In this document: piece by piece, positions 1 through 10,584 of the stretch
Layout of the letters: the number at the start of each line of letters is the position of its first letter
Numbering within the stretch: position 1 is the first letter of the stretch
Origin: Bacilli bacterium
GTDB lineage: Bacteria > Bacillota_I > Bacilli_A > RFN20 > CAG-826
Length of the DNA: 64,000 nucleotides
Assembly (NCBI GenBank): GCA_045600585.1
Contig: JAZRYE010000018.1
Location: 21,122-85,121 of the forward strand
Direction of reading: 5' to 3'
Program-made: the position numbers and the translations under genes
The notes under the pieces: generated by a model
Database searches by the model: none
The model's input: the letters and a program-made list of their open reading frames with translations, nothing else
Told to the model about the DNA's origin: nothing

Positions 1-970
1 CAAGTGTTCTAACTGGAACATCTAAACTACGGAAGAATTCAACTGAATATGACCACATTTTGTTGTACCATTCCATTGATTCTTCTGGTTTACAAAGAAC
101 TACCATTTCTTGTTTTTCAAATTGGTGAACTCTGTAAATGCCTCTTTCTTCAATACCATGTGCTCCAACTTCTTTTCTAAAGCATGGAGAATATGAAGTT
201 AAGGTAATTGGAAGTTCACTTTCTTTAACAATTTGACCTTTGAACTTACCAATCATTGAGTGTTCAGATGTACCAATTAAATATAAGTCTTCGCCTTCAA
301 TTTTATACATCATGTTTTCCATTTCAGCGAATGACATAACGCCAGTAACAACATCACTATGAATCATGAATGGAGGAATGCAGTAAACGAATCCTTTATT
401 AATCATGAAATCTCTAGCATATGAGAGCATTGCACTATGTAATCTAGCGATAGGTCCCATTAAGTAATAGAAACCATTGCCAGAAGTTCTACCAGATGCA
501 TCTTTATCTAAGCCGTTAAATCTTGCAATGATATCTGCGTGATATGGAATTTCATAGCTAGGAACAACAGGTTCGCCATATCTTGTATTTTCAACGTTTT
601 CAGAATCATCTTTACCAACAGGAACACTAGCATCAACAATGTTTGGAATAACCATCATTTTTTCTTTTAATGCTTGTGATAATTCTGCTTCTTCTTTTTC
701 AATATCTACAAGTTTTGCGTTGATTTCGACAACTCTTGCTTTCTTAGCATTAGCTTCTTCAATCTTCTTTTCTCTCATTAATAAGCCAATAGCAGCAGAT
801 GTTGAATTTCTTTCAGCACGAAGATCGCCGCCTTCAACTTTTAAAGCTCTGATTTTAGCATCTAAAGCGATTACTTCATCAACTAATGGGAGTTTAGCAT
901 CCTGGAATTTTTTCTTGATATTTTCTTTAACAACTTCAGGATTTTCTCTAACAAATTTAATGTCTAACAT
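1..970 (-). CDS. serS: seryl-tRNA synthetase, 5' part (gene runs off the left edge of the window)
   Basis: Open-ended, so absent from the ORF track. The reverse strand from the ATG at 970..968 reads MLDIKFVRENPEVVKENIKKKF, then a long coiled-coil arm, then FYYLMGPIARLH, LIGTSEHS and SPCFRKEVGAHG (class II aaRS motifs). Confidence 0.9.
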   Translation of the reverse strand, partial: MLDIKFVRENPEVVKENIKKKFQDAKLPLVDEVIALDAKIRALKVEGGDLRAERNSTSAAIGLLMREKKIEEANAKKARVVEINAKLVDIEKEEAELSQALKEKMMVIPNIVDASVPVGKDDSENVENTRYGEPVVPSYEIPYHADIIARFNGLDKDASGRTSGNGFYYLMGPIARLHSAMLSYARDFMINKGFVYCIPPFMIHSDVVTGVMSFAEMENMMYKIEGEDLYLIGTSEHSMIGKFKGQIVKESELPITLTSYSPCFRKEVGAHGIEERGIYRVHQFEKQEMVVLCKPEESMEWYNKMWSYSVEFFRSLDVPVRTL

Positions 971-1002
971 AAATGTCTCCTTAAATAATTTATAAGCATA
1001 AG

Positions 1003-1028
1003 TTATGGGTGGATTTACCCACCCATAA
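1003..1028 (-). terminator. hairpin after gyrA (candidate intrinsic terminator)
   Basis: Perfect 10-bp inverted repeat ttatgggtgg / ccacccataa with a 6-nt loop, 14 nt past the gyrA stop. The downstream U-tract is only moderate. Confidence 0.5.
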
Positions 1029-1041
1029 ACATTTATGTTTA

Positions 1042-3699
1042 TTATTCTTTAACTTCTTCAGAAGTTTCAACTGCTTCCGCTTCAACTTCAGCAACAATTG
1101 GATTGCCTTCTTCATCTAATTCAACAGCATCTTCTGCAGTTTCATCTTCATGAGGGACAATTGCAATAGAAGCAACTTTTTGTCTTCCTTCAAGGTTAAT
1201 AATCTTAACACCTTGTGTATTTCTACCAGCGATTCTAATTTGATTTAATGGGGTTCTGATAACAATACCAGCAGATGTGATAACCATTAAGTCATCCTCA
1301 GGGTTAACAGCGCGGATTGCAACTAAGTTGCCAACTTTATCGCTTGCTTTTAATGTAGAAACACCTTTCGCACCACGTTTTGTTAAACGGTATGTGAGTT
1401 CACCATCATCGTCGACAAATTTTGTCATCTTTCCGTAACCTTTATCAGTTACACAAAGAATATAGTCGCCTTCGTATCTAGCGCATGATCCAATTGCAGA
1501 AGCGCCTTCACATAATTCAATACCTTTAACACCAGTTGCAGTTCTACCCATTGGACGAACTTCAGCAACAGGGAAGTTAACCATTTTGCCATTATCAGCA
1601 GCAATACCAACAATCATATCTTCATCAGAGTCAGCCATCTTTTCTTGGACTTCTTTAACACCAAGTAAAGCATCATCATCTTTTAATGTGATTGCAATTT
1701 TACCGCTTTGACGGATTGATTCGTATTCTTGAATAGGTGTTCTCTTAACTAAACCATTCTTTGTGAAGAATAAGAGGAATCTATCATCTTTATATTCATC
1801 AACAGAAATGATTGTTTCAACTTTTTCACCTTTTTCAATGTTGATTAAGTTAATAACTGGAATACCTTTTGATCCTTTGTTATATTCTGGAATCATATAA
1901 CCACGGATACGATAAACCTTACCTAAATCTGTGAAGAATAATAAGTCTGTATGTGTTTTTGTGTAGACCATTAAATCAACAACATCGTTTTCATTTAATG
2001 ATGTGCCACGGACTCCACGACCTCCACGGTGTTGAGCTTTGAATGAGTCAGAAGTTAATCTCTTAACATAGCCATTTCTAGATAATGTAACGACAATATC
2101 TTCTTCTGGGATGAGATCTTCATCATCAATAGAAGCATCACTATTTGTGATTTCTGTTCTTCTTTCATCGCCGAATTTTTCTTTGATTTCATTTAATTCA
2201 GCAATGACAACTTCTTGTTCGTTTTCACGAGATTCAAGGATGTGATTGTAAACCTTGATATTTTCTTCAAGTTGATGCATTTCAGCTTCTAATTTGCCTG
2301 TTTCGATACCTGTTAAACGACGTAATGTCATTGCCAAGATAGCTTGAACTTGTAAATCTGTGAAACCGAATTTTTCTTCTAAGACAGTTGTAGCTTCTTC
2401 TGGAGTATCACTGTCTTTGATGATGTCGACAATTTCATCAATGTTGTCATGACATTTAATTAAACCGACAACAATATGTAATCTAGCTGCATCTTTGTCT
2501 AATAAGAATTTTGTACGTCTAGCAATAACTTCGATTTGGAAATCGAGGTAATGTTGGAGCATATCTTTTAATGAAGCAACCTTTGGAGCTCCATCAACAA
2601 GACAGAGGTTAATAATACCAAAACTTACTTGTAAGTTTGTTAATTTATATAATTGATTCAATAAGACTTCTGGAATTGCATCTCTTTTAACTTCGATAAC
2701 AACACGGATACCGTCTTTATTGGATTCATCTCTAATATCAGCAATGCCTTCAATGACTTTATCTCTGACCAATGTAGCCATGTTTTCAATCATTAAAGCT
2801 TTGTTGATGCCATAAGGAACTTCATCAACGACAATTTGTTTTAAGCCACCTGTAGATCCACGATCTTCAATATGGCATTTAGAACGAATGGCAATTGTAC
2901 CAGTACCTGTTTCATACGCATCTCTAATACCACTACGACCTAAAATCATAGCACCAGTAGGGAAGTCAGGTCCTTTAACATATTGCATTAATTCATCAGT
3001 AGTGATTTCTGGATTTTGAGATAAAGCAACAATACCATCAACAACTTCGTTTAAGTTATGTGGTGGAATATTTGTAGCCATACCAACAGCAATACCAGAT
3101 GAACCATTGACTAATAAGTTAGGGATTCTTGATGGTAAAACAGTAGGCTCTTGGTCAACACCATCATAGTTATCCATAAAATTAACAACATTGCAGTTGA
3201 TATCTCTAACCATTTCAAGTGCTAATTTAGCCATTCTTGCTTCAGTATAACGATAAGCAGCAGGTTCATCACCATCGATGGAACCGAAGTTACCATGACC
3301 TTCAACAAGTGTATATCTCATTGAGAAAGGTTGAGCTAATCTAACTAAAGCACCATAAATTGCAGAGTCACCATGAGGGTGATATTTTCCCATGACGTCA
3401 CCAACGATACGAGCACACTTTTTAAATGGCTTATCTGGTGTATTACCCGTTTCACTCATTGAATAAACAATACGTCTATGAACTGGCTTCATACCATCTC
3501 TAACATCAGGGATAGCACGAGCAACGATAACTGACATAGCGTAGTCTAAGAATGATTCCTTGACTAAGCCAACAGTATCAACATCTGTTAAACCAGCAAC
3601 AATACCTGATTCAAGAGCTGCTTCTTCTTCAGCGGAAACTTCTGTTTCTTCAGATTCTTCAGTAGTTTCATTAATTACTTTTTCTTCTTCAAATAACAT
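1042..3699 (-). CDS. gyrA: DNA gyrase subunit A
   Basis: 885 aa. Motifs [24 protein letters not shown] and YHPHGD, with C-terminal beta-pinwheel repeats. GGAGGA RBS just upstream of the ATG. Acidic N- and C-terminal tails. Confidence 0.97.
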   Translation of the reverse strand: MLFEEEKVINETTEESEETEVSAEEEAALESGIVAGLTDVDTVGLVKESFLDYAMSVIVARAIPDVRDGMKPVHRRIVYSMSETGNTPDKPFKKCARIVGDVMGKYHPHGDSAIYGALVRLAQPFSMRYTLVEGHGNFGSIDGDEPAAYRYTEARMAKLALEMVRDINCNVVNFMDNYDGVDQEPTVLPSRIPNLLVNGSSGIAVGMATNIPPHNLNEVVDGIVALSQNPEITTDELMQYVKGPDFPTGAMILGRSGIRDAYETGTGTIAIRSKCHIEDRGSTGGLKQIVVDEVPYGINKALMIENMATLVRDKVIEGIADIRDESNKDGIRVVIEVKRDAIPEVLLNQLYKLTNLQVSFGIINLCLVDGAPKVASLKDMLQHYLDFQIEVIARRTKFLLDKDAARLHIVVGLIKCHDNIDEIVDIIKDSDTPEEATTVLEEKFGFTDLQVQAILAMTLRRLTGIETGKLEAEMHQLEENIKVYNHILESRENEQEVVIAELNEIKEKFGDERRTEITNSDASIDDEDLIPEEDIVVTLSRNGYVKRLTSDSFKAQHRGGRGVRGTSLNENDVVDLMVYTKTHTDLLFFTDLGKVYRIRGYMIPEYNKGSKGIPVINLINIEKGEKVETIISVDEYKDDRFLLFFTKNGLVKRTPIQEYESIRQSGKIAITLKDDDALLGVKEVQEKMADSDEDMIVGIAADNGKMVNFPVAEVRPMGRTATGVKGIELCEGASAIGSCARYEGDYILCVTDKGYGKMTKFVDDDGELTYRLTKRGAKGVSTLKASDKVGNLVAIRAVNPEDDLMVITSAGIVIRTPLNQIRIAGRNTQGVKIINLEGRQKVASIAIVPHEDETAEDAVELDEEGNPIVAEVEAEAVETSEEVKE

Positions 3700-3716
3700 A
3701 GAAATTTTCCTCCTTA

Positions 3717-5783
3717 TTAAATATCAAGGTTCTTAACGAATTTTGCATTTTCGTGAATGAACTGTTTACGTGGTTCAACATTGTCGCCCATTAAATCAGT
3801 GAAGATTTGTTCTGCTTTAATGCCGTCTTCAAGAGTGACACGAAGCATTTTTCTGTTTGCTGGGTCCATTGTTGTTTCCCAAAGTTGGATAGCGTCCATT
3901 TCACCAAGACCTTTATAACGTTGGAATGGATATCCAGGTTTGAGATTTAATTTCTTTTTGATCAATTCGAGTTGATCATCGTTATACGCATAGTATTGTT
4001 TACCATGGTATTCAACTTTATATAGAGGAGGTTGTGCGATATATACGTAACCATTTTCAATTAATGGGCGCATAAATCTATAGAAGAATGTTAATAATAA
4101 GATACGAATATGTGAGCCATCGACGTCAGCATCGGTCATGATAACGACTTTATGATATCTAATCTTAGAAATATCAAATTCAGGATCAATACCACCACCG
4201 ATAGCGGTAATCATGTTACCAATTTCAGCATTAGCGAAGATTCTCTTTGCTTGTGCTTTTTCGACGTTAAGGATTTTACCACGTAGTGGGAGAATAGCTT
4301 GAGTTTCTCTATTACGGCCATTCTTTGCAGAACCACCAGCGGAGTTACCTTCGACGATGTACAATTCGCATTCTTCTGGTTTTTTACTTGAACAGTCTGC
4401 CAACTTACCTGGAAGAGTTGTAAGTTCAACACCTGTTTTTCTCACAGCTTCACGTGCTTTTCTAGCAGCTAAACGTGCATTTGCAGCCATGACAATTTTA
4501 TCCATAATAACTCTTGCTAATTGAGGATTTTCCATCAAGAAGCGGTTTAATTGTTCGCCAACAATGCCAGAAACAATTTTCCTTACTTCAGAGTTACCTA
4601 ACTTTGTCTTTGTTTGTCCTTCGAATTGAGGGTTTGGGTGTTTAACAGAGATGACAGCAGTTAAGCCTTCAGTAATATCATCGTATGTTAAATCATCTTC
4701 TGAATCTTTTAAGAATTTATTATCACGTGCATAACCATTGATAACTCTTCTTAATGCGTCTTTGAAGCCAGTTTCATGCATACCACCTTCATGAGTATGG
4801 ACGTTATTACAGAATGAATAGACGTTATTTGCATATCCATCATCATATTGCATTGCAATTTCAGCATAGACATGTGCTTCATGGCCACTTGCTAATGTAA
4901 TAGGTGCTGTACCTTCACAATAGATGACATCATCAAACATTCTTGTTTTGTTGTTATTAATGAATAAGACGTATTCTTTAATACCACCTTTATAGCAGAA
5001 AGTTTCTCTTCTTTCTTTACCAGGACGCTTATCTTCAACAGAAATCTTAATACCTCTATTTAAATAAGCAACTTGTCTCATTCTGTCACGAATGACTTCG
5101 TAATCATATGTAGTTGTATCTGTAAAGATTGTTGGATCGGGTTGGAAAGTAACAGATGTACCTGTATCTTCTTTTTCACATGTACCAATAACTTTTAATG
5201 GAGCAGCAGTATGTCCACCATTTTCGAATCTAATGAAGTGGATTTTGCCTTCCTTTTTAACAGTGACTTCACACCATGTAGATAATGCGTTAACAACAGA
5301 AGCACCAACACCGTGTAAACCACCAGATACTTTATAGCCGCCACCTTCACCGAATTTACCACCAGCATGTAAGACTGTGTAAACAGTTTCAACACCTGAT
5401 TTTCCGGTCTTAGCAACTACGTCAACAGGAATACCACGACCGTTATCAACAACGGTAATAGTTTCACCTGGATTAATAGATACATTAACTTCAGTACAAT
5501 AACCAGCTAAAGCTTCGTCAATTGCGTTATCAACAATTTCCCAAACTAAGTGGTGAAGACCAGCTACTGAAGTAGTACCGATGTACATACCTGGTCTTTT
5601 TCTAACAGCTTCAAGTCCTTCCAAAACTTGAATATTTGTTGCAGTATAGCTTGCATCAGCTTTTTCTAATTGAACTTCTTCTTCATTCATTTCGGAAACT
5701 TTAACTTCAATAGCTGGCGCTGCTGGAGCTGGAGTTTCAGCTGGTTTTGCTTCTTCTGCAACCGGTTTCTTTTCTTCTTCCAT
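3717..5783 (-). CDS. gyrB: DNA gyrase subunit B
   Basis: 688 aa. Motifs [12 protein letters not shown] ATPase region, [10 protein letters not shown] and [11 protein letters not shown] (Toprim). An AAGGAGG RBS lies inside the recF 3' end, 9 nt before the ATG, which supports the long N-terminus. Confidence 0.97.
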   Translation of the reverse strand: MEEEKKPVAEEAKPAETPAPAAPAIEVKVSEMNEEEVQLEKADASYTATNIQVLEGLEAVRKRPGMYIGTTSVAGLHHLVWEIVDNAIDEALAGYCTEVNVSINPGETITVVDNGRGIPVDVVAKTGKSGVETVYTVLHAGGKFGEGGGYKVSGGLHGVGASVVNALSTWCEVTVKKEGKIHFIRFENGGHTAAPLKVIGTCEKEDTGTSVTFQPDPTIFTDTTTYDYEVIRDRMRQVAYLNRGIKISVEDKRPGKERRETFCYKGGIKEYVLFINNNKTRMFDDVIYCEGTAPITLASGHEAHVYAEIAMQYDDGYANNVYSFCNNVHTHEGGMHETGFKDALRRVINGYARDNKFLKDSEDDLTYDDITEGLTAVISVKHPNPQFEGQTKTKLGNSEVRKIVSGIVGEQLNRFLMENPQLARVIMDKIVMAANARLAARKAREAVRKTGVELTTLPGKLADCSSKKPEECELYIVEGNSAGGSAKNGRNRETQAILPLRGKILNVEKAQAKRIFANAEIGNMITAIGGGIDPEFDISKIRYHKVVIMTDADVDGSHIRILLLTFFYRFMRPLIENGYVYIAQPPLYKVEYHGKQYYAYNDDQLELIKKKLNLKPGYPFQRYKGLGEMDAIQLWETTMDPANRKMLRVTLEDGIKAEQIFTDLMGDNVEPRKQFIHENAKFVKNLDI

Positions 5784-6851
5784 TTAGAAGACCTCCTTTT
5801 CTTTCTTCTTTATTTGATAATGGCTTGCACCATCAATCTCAAGTTTGGTAGCAGTAATAAATACTTGCTCAAACTTTTTTAAAAAATTAATTAGTCTAGT
5901 TTGACGTGAATAGTCTAATTCACTCATCACATCATCTAAGACAATAATTGGTCTCTTTTCCTTATCGTCAATTAAGAAATAGGGACTTAATTTCAAGGCT
6001 AAGGCAGCAATCCTATTCTCACCTTGTGATCCATAATCGCCAATATCTCTTCCGTTTAGCGCGATTGAGAAATCTTCTCGATGAATTCCTATAGTTGTTG
6101 CTTTTCTTCTTAAATCATTCTCTAATGCCTTGTTAAACGCTTCTTTTGCGTTTTTGGAGAACTCAGCTGTGTACTCAATGAACGGCTTATAGATAACTTC
6201 GAATTTATCATTCTCGCCCGTGAGTGCGCGCGTTATTATATTAAGGATATCATTGATATCCTTGACGTATATCTGCCTGTAACTCACTATCGGACCCGAT
6301 AGTTTTACAAGCATTTCGGTTGTAGAATCTAACAAAATTCTATCAACTTTATCCCCTTTCAATATTTCATTTCTCTCATTTAGAACCCTTTCATATCTCA
6401 TAATGTAATCGAGATAGAGTTGGCTCTTTTTAGATAATGAAATATCCAAGAAGTTTCTTCTAGCTTTTGGCGTTCCTCTAAATAGGAGTACATCCTTTGG
6501 CTCAAAAAGTATCACATTTGTAGTTTTTGCCAATTCTGAGAGGCGAGAAATAGGTTTATTGTTTAGAAATATTTGCTTACCGTCTTTAGTGACTATAACT
6601 CGTATTTTGCGATTCAATTCGCCTTCAGCAACAATTGCTTCTATTTCTGCTTTTTCTTTTCCTTTTTGAATTAGTTCTACTTCTTCGCTTGTTCTAAATG
6701 ATTTAGCAAGAGACAAGAAGTAAATTGCTTCAACTACATTTGTTTTTCCTACAGCATTATCTCCGGTAAGAATATTTAAGTTTGGAGAGAAGCTGTAAGT
6801 TAGATACGAATGGTTTCGGAAATTCTTTAGTGTGATTGATTTGACAACCAT
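5784..6851 (-). CDS. recF: DNA replication/repair protein RecF
   Basis: 355 aa. N-terminus LKNFRNH...LTGDNAVGKTNVVEAI (Walker A) and C-terminus IIVLDDVMSELD. Sits in the conserved dnaN-yaaA-recF-gyrB position. Confidence 0.93.
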   Translation of the reverse strand: MVVKSITLKNFRNHSYLTYSFSPNLNILTGDNAVGKTNVVEAIYFLSLAKSFRTSEEVELIQKGKEKAEIEAIVAEGELNRKIRVIVTKDGKQIFLNNKPISRLSELAKTTNVILFEPKDVLLFRGTPKARRNFLDISLSKKSQLYLDYIMRYERVLNERNEILKGDKVDRILLDSTTEMLVKLSGPIVSYRQIYVKDINDILNIITRALTGENDKFEVIYKPFIEYTAEFSKNAKEAFNKALENDLRRKATTIGIHREDFSIALNGRDIGDYGSQGENRIAALALKLSPYFLIDDKEKRPIIVLDDVMSELDYSRQTRLINFLKKFEQVFITATKLEIDGASHYQIKKKEKEVF

Positions 6852-6852
6852 G

Positions 6853-7068
6853 TCATTCTACCAGATAGGTTTCTTGATCAATCTCCACTTTATCGCCAGG
6901 ATATAATTTTCTACCGCGGCGATTTTCTTTTTCTCCATTGACTAAAACGTAATTCTCAGCCAAATACGCTTTTGCCATTCCACCAGTTTGAATTGTTCCT
7001 GATATTTTAAGAAGAACATTCAAAGTTATGTATGCTTCATCTTGTCTAATTTTTATTATTTTAGCCAT
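6853..7068 (-). CDS. yaaA: S4-domain RNA-binding protein YaaA
   Basis: 71 aa. S4-like LLKISGTIQTGGMAKAYL...VNGEKENRRGRKLYPGD. Canonical position between dnaN and recF. Confidence 0.8.
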   Translation of the reverse strand: MAKIIKIRQDEAYITLNVLLKISGTIQTGGMAKAYLAENYVLVNGEKENRRGRKLYPGDKVEIDQETYLVE

Positions 7069-7089
7069 ATTCGAAACCCTTTCTTTGAC

Positions 7090-7098
7090 ATTATACCA
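7090..7098 (-). promoter_or_regulatory. extended -10 (TGgTATAAT) for yaaA-recF-gyrBA
   Basis: The reverse strand reads tgtggtataat about 20 nt upstream of the yaaA ATG, immediately after the dnaN terminator. An aaagaaaggg RBS follows. Confidence 0.45.
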
Positions 7099-7100
7099 CA

Positions 7101-7130
7101 GAAAATAAAAAAGGGAATAAATTCCCTTCT
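7101..7130 (-). terminator. intrinsic terminator after dnaN
   Basis: Palindrome aagggaat-aa-attccctt at 7111..7128, followed on the minus strand by ttttattttc. Confidence 0.6.
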
Positions 7131-7161
7131 TATTTTTTAAGTTTTTTTGCCTGTTTTTGGC

Positions 7162-8283
7162 CTAATATGTCCTGACAGGTGTAACAACTTGTACCACTGA
7201 GTCATCTAAAGCATTTTTGACAACAAACGGCTTCATTTCGCCTTCAAATGCAAGAGTGACATCTTGACAATCTAACGCTCTGATTGCAGAAAGAACAAAT
7301 TCACTATTGAAAGATACTCTTAAGTTAGCACCTTCATATTTAAAGACATCTATCTTTTGAACAGCAGAACCAATTTGTGAGCTTTTAGCAGAAACTTCAA
7401 TGCCATTTTCGCTCATTAATAAATCAACAACATTTTCTCTTTCAACAGATAAAATATTAGCTCTATCAATTGCTTTAATGATATCTACAGAGTTTACTTC
7501 AAGAGCATAGTTCGAAACTCTAGTTGCAATCTTCTTAGTGTTTGGATAATCACCAGCAATTAATCTTGTAGCGATTACAGTTCTACCTAATGAGAACAAT
7601 GCCTTCTTATCACTAATTGAGATGTTTAAATCAGTAGACATGTCTGTGAGTTTATCTACTTCGGTCATCATTTTTGCAGGTACGTTTGCAATAAATGAAA
7701 TTCCATCAGGGATTTTAATTTGCTTTCTAGCCATTCTTGCTGAATCGGTAGCAGTTGCGGTTAAAATGCCTTGTTCTGCTTCTAAATTGATTGCTGTAAG
7801 GATAGGTCTTTGTTCTTTTGTAGATGCAGCAAATGCTGTTTGAGAAACAATTAAGCTAAAATCAGCTTTGGTGATTGATAATTGTGTACCAGATGGATCT
7901 AAATCAAGATCTGGATATTCTTCTGCTCTTACACAATTAAGTTTGAACTCAGATCTATTGTCATTAATTACTGCAATTGTTGAATCAATAACATCTAATG
8001 TAATTTCTTCGGATTCCATTTTTCTTACGATATCAACAATAAATTTTGTCTTAATTAAAGTAGCACCTTCTTTATAATTTCTAATTATTTCTTTATCGTT
8101 TGAGCTATAAGGAATTAATGTTCTAATAGTTAAATCAAAATTAGATCCAGTGATAAATAATCCTCTATCATCTAATTCAATCTTTAAATTTTCTAATACT
8201 GGGTTTGCTACTTTACTTCCAACTGCTCTTGCGGCAATTGATAAGCCTTTAAGAAATTCTTCTCTAACAATCGTGAATCTCAT
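7162..8283 (-). CDS. dnaN: DNA polymerase III beta sliding clamp
   Basis: 373 aa, three-domain clamp length. N-terminus MRFTIVREEFLKGL. Lies directly downstream of dnaA. Confidence 0.95.
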   Translation of the reverse strand: MRFTIVREEFLKGLSIAARAVGSKVANPVLENLKIELDDRGLFITGSNFDLTIRTLIPYSSNDKEIIRNYKEGATLIKTKFIVDIVRKMESEEITLDVIDSTIAVINDNRSEFKLNCVRAEEYPDLDLDPSGTQLSITKADFSLIVSQTAFAASTKEQRPILTAINLEAEQGILTATATDSARMARKQIKIPDGISFIANVPAKMMTEVDKLTDMSTDLNISISDKKALFSLGRTVIATRLIAGDYPNTKKIATRVSNYALEVNSVDIIKAIDRANILSVERENVVDLLMSENGIEVSAKSSQIGSAVQKIDVFKYEGANLRVSFNSEFVLSAIRALDCQDVTLAFEGEMKPFVVKNALDDSVVQVVTPVRTY

Positions 8284-8310
8284 ATATAATTCCTTTCTCT
8301 TTATTATATA

Positions 8311-8346
8311 AATAATAATTATAAGGTCGGTGGATAGTGTGGAAAA
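8311..8346. promoter_or_regulatory. oriC part 2: DnaA-box pair, GC cluster and TAA/TTA trinucleotide run in the dnaA-dnaN spacer
   Basis: tgtggaaaa at 8338..8346 (reverse complement TTTTCCACA) and ggtggatag at 8329..8337 (2 mismatches to TGTGGATAA). These are preceded by ggtcgg and by taataattataa. AT-rich DNA lies on both sides. Confidence 0.55.
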
Positions 8347-8434
8347 CTAACTTTTTATTATAATTTGCCACATGCTTGATTTATTCTATCATAAGTTTTA
8401 TCAAAAATATATTTTTATTTTCAATAAAATACAA

Positions 8435-9820
8435 TTAAGAATTTAACCGTCTTTTTAATTCTTCTACTGCTTCTTTTAAGGTCTCGTCAGTTTTCAACAT
8501 GCTTTCCACTTTTTCTATACCCGACATAACAGTTGTGTGATCTCTGCCGCCAAACATGTCACCAATTTTCTTGAGCGGGACATCAATTGTAAATCTAATT
8601 AAATACATCGCGATATGACGTGCGAGGGCAATTTGCCCTGTTCTTACCTTGCCTGTTAATTGTGTTGGGGTGATATTATAGTAATCCGCTACTGTGTTAA
8701 TAATTTTTTGTTCACTCATTTGATTTGCAATATTTTTGCCACCAACAATCCCCTTCATGGCTTCAATTGCAATATCCATTGTGACACGGCTAGATTGCTT
8801 GAAAGTTTCAGCATAGAAAGTTAACCTATTAATTGAACCTTCCAATTCACGAATACTGCTTGAAAATTTCTCGGCTAAGAAGAATAAAACTGACGTGTCG
8901 AAATCATCTATTTTTCTTCCACTATTGACGATTTTTTTCTTTAAAATCTCTACACATGTACTTTGATCAGGTTCCTCTATTTTTACTACTAATCCTTGAC
9001 TAAATCTAGTTACAAGCCTATCTTCTAATTGATTTAATTCGTTAGGTTGTCTATCTGACATAATTACTATTTGCTTGCCACTATTTATCATTGCATTGTA
9101 AATATAGAAAAACATTTCTTCTGTTTTAACCTTATTTGATAAGAATTGAACATCATCAAAAAGCAACACGTCAACATCTTTAAAGTAGTCTTTTAATGAT
9201 TCAGATTCCTTCTCACCTTTGACAAATCTCATGTATTCATCAACGAATTCATATGCAGCAATATATAAAACTCTTGCGCCTGGTTTACTGACATTTTTGA
9301 CATAATTGCCAATAGAATGCAATAAGTGTGTTTTGCCTAATCCAGAATGAGAATAAATGAATAATGGATTAAACATTTTTCCAGGTGTAGCTGCAACCAT
9401 TAATGATGCTTGTTGAGCTTCTCTATTGAAATCCCCTACAACAAAGTTGTCGAATATATAATTAGGATCTAATTTAGCATCTTTGAAATACGTGGATTCT
9501 TGTGCGATAGTATTAACTGAAGTATATGCCTGAACTGCTTCTACATGATTTTTTACTTCATTTGCTGTGATATATTCAAAATCACAATTTTCGTTAGTTA
9601 ATTCTTTAATAACATCAATAACGATATCGTTATATTTGTTTTTCATTAGATTTGCAGCTACTTTGCTATTAACAACTACAACTATTGTTGACCCATGAAT
9701 ATCATCAATGTAACTGCCATTGAAAAAGGATTCAAATAATTGTGGTTCTGCAATTCTTTCATTGATTTTAATAAGGGCTCTATCCCAAAGCTGAGCCATT
9801 TCTGATACAGATTTCAACAT
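8435..9820 (-). CDS. dnaA: chromosomal replication initiator DnaA
   Basis: 461 aa. Motifs GLGKTHLLHSIGNY (AAA+) and C-terminal ARHIAMYL...GGRDHTTVMSGIEKV (DNA-binding domain IV). Confidence 0.97.
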   Translation of the reverse strand: MLKSVSEMAQLWDRALIKINERIAEPQLFESFFNGSYIDDIHGSTIVVVVNSKVAANLMKNKYNDIVIDVIKELTNENCDFEYITANEVKNHVEAVQAYTSVNTIAQESTYFKDAKLDPNYIFDNFVVGDFNREAQQASLMVAATPGKMFNPLFIYSHSGLGKTHLLHSIGNYVKNVSKPGARVLYIAAYEFVDEYMRFVKGEKESESLKDYFKDVDVLLFDDVQFLSNKVKTEEMFFYIYNAMINSGKQIVIMSDRQPNELNQLEDRLVTRFSQGLVVKIEEPDQSTCVEILKKKIVNSGRKIDDFDTSVLFFLAEKFSSSIRELEGSINRLTFYAETFKQSSRVTMDIAIEAMKGIVGGKNIANQMSEQKIINTVADYYNITPTQLTGKVRTGQIALARHIAMYLIRFTIDVPLKKIGDMFGGRDHTTVMSGIEKVESMLKTDETLKEAVEELKRRLNS

Positions 9821-9854
9821 AATAAGTACCTCGTTCTTGCTATATTATATTCTT

Positions 9855-9961
9855 ATTTCCACACTATTTTTAAGTATTTTTATAACTTTTCCACATTAGA
9901 TATATCTAATATAAAATGTATGTTTTCCACATTTTCCACATTTTCACACACTTGTGGAAAA
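9855..9961. promoter_or_regulatory. oriC part 1: DnaA-box cluster in the dnaA/rpmH divergent spacer
   Basis: 9-mers seen: atttccaca 9855..9863, ttttccaca 9887..9895, ttttccaca 9923..9931, ttttccaca 9932..9940, degenerate ttttcacac 9941..9949, and inverted tgtggaaaa 9953..9961. Confidence 0.8.
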
Positions 9962-10035
9962 GCAATGCACATGTTTATTATGTTGAAAACTCTTATTTAA
10001 ATTTACGCATTGTATACTTGCATGTGTTATTTTAA

Positions 10036-10065
10036 TTGACATTTATAAATAAATGCTTGTATACT
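10036..10065 (+). promoter_or_regulatory. candidate sigma-A promoter of rpmH-rnpA-yidC
   Basis: TTGACA at 10036..10041, an 18-nt spacer, then TATACT at 10060..10065, about 35 nt upstream of the rpmH ATG. Confidence 0.5.
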
Positions 10066-10100
10066 AAACCCGCTATGTATTTATAGGAGGTTACTTTTTT

Positions 10101-10235
10101 ATGAAAAGAACATATCAGCCAAGCAAAATTAAACACCAACGTAAAGCTGGTTTCCGCGCAAGAATGAGCAGCGCAAATGGCCGTCGTGTCTTAGCTCGTC
10201 GTAGAGCAAAAGGCAGAGCAACTCTTACTGCATAA
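10101..10235 (+). CDS. rpmH: 50S ribosomal protein L34
   Basis: Below the ORF-track size cut-off. It translates to [44 protein letters not shown]. An AGGAGG RBS lies upstream. Confidence 0.95.
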   Translation: MKRTYQPSKIKHQRKAGFRARMSSANGRRVLARRRAKGRATLTA

Positions 10236-10248
10236 TTAGGAGTATAAA

Positions 10249-10584
10249 ATGAAAGTTATTAATCGTATTAAAGCTAGTGATGATTTTGCTTTAACGATTA
10301 AAAAAGGCAGAACTTACAAAAACCAGTCTTATACAATTCATGCTATTAAGACGGATAGAGCCTATTCTAGAGTTGGCTTATCCGTTTCGACAAAGATTGG
10401 TAATGCTGTAGTTCGCTCTCGTGTAAAACGACAACTTAGAGCAATGTGTGATAATCTTTTAGATTATAACAATACATCGTTCGACCTGGTTATTATTGTT
10501 AGAAGTAAATTTCTAGATAATTCATTTCAAGATAACCAATCACTACTACGTGATTTAATAAATGTACAAGTAGGAGTCAATTAA
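10249..10584 (+). CDS. rnpA: RNase P protein component
   Basis: 111 aa, basic. Motif RVGLSVSTKIGNAVVRSRVKRQLR. Follows rpmH and has an AGGAG RBS. Confidence 0.9.
   Translation: MKVINRIKASDDFALTIKKGRTYKNQSYTIHAIKTDRAYSRVGLSVSTKIGNAVVRSRVKRQLRAMCDNLLDYNNTSFDLVIIVRSKFLDNSFQDNQSLLRDLINVQVGVN

Noticed and set aside
639-995. 118-aa plus-strand ORF from the track
   Set aside because: It is antisense to a clearly conserved serS reading frame. The composition is low-complexity Ser/Phe/Ile and there is no RBS.
971-1041. T-box leader upstream of serS
   Set aside because: The spacer is only 71 nt and is occupied by a simple hairpin, far too short for a T-box, and no T-box sequence is seen.
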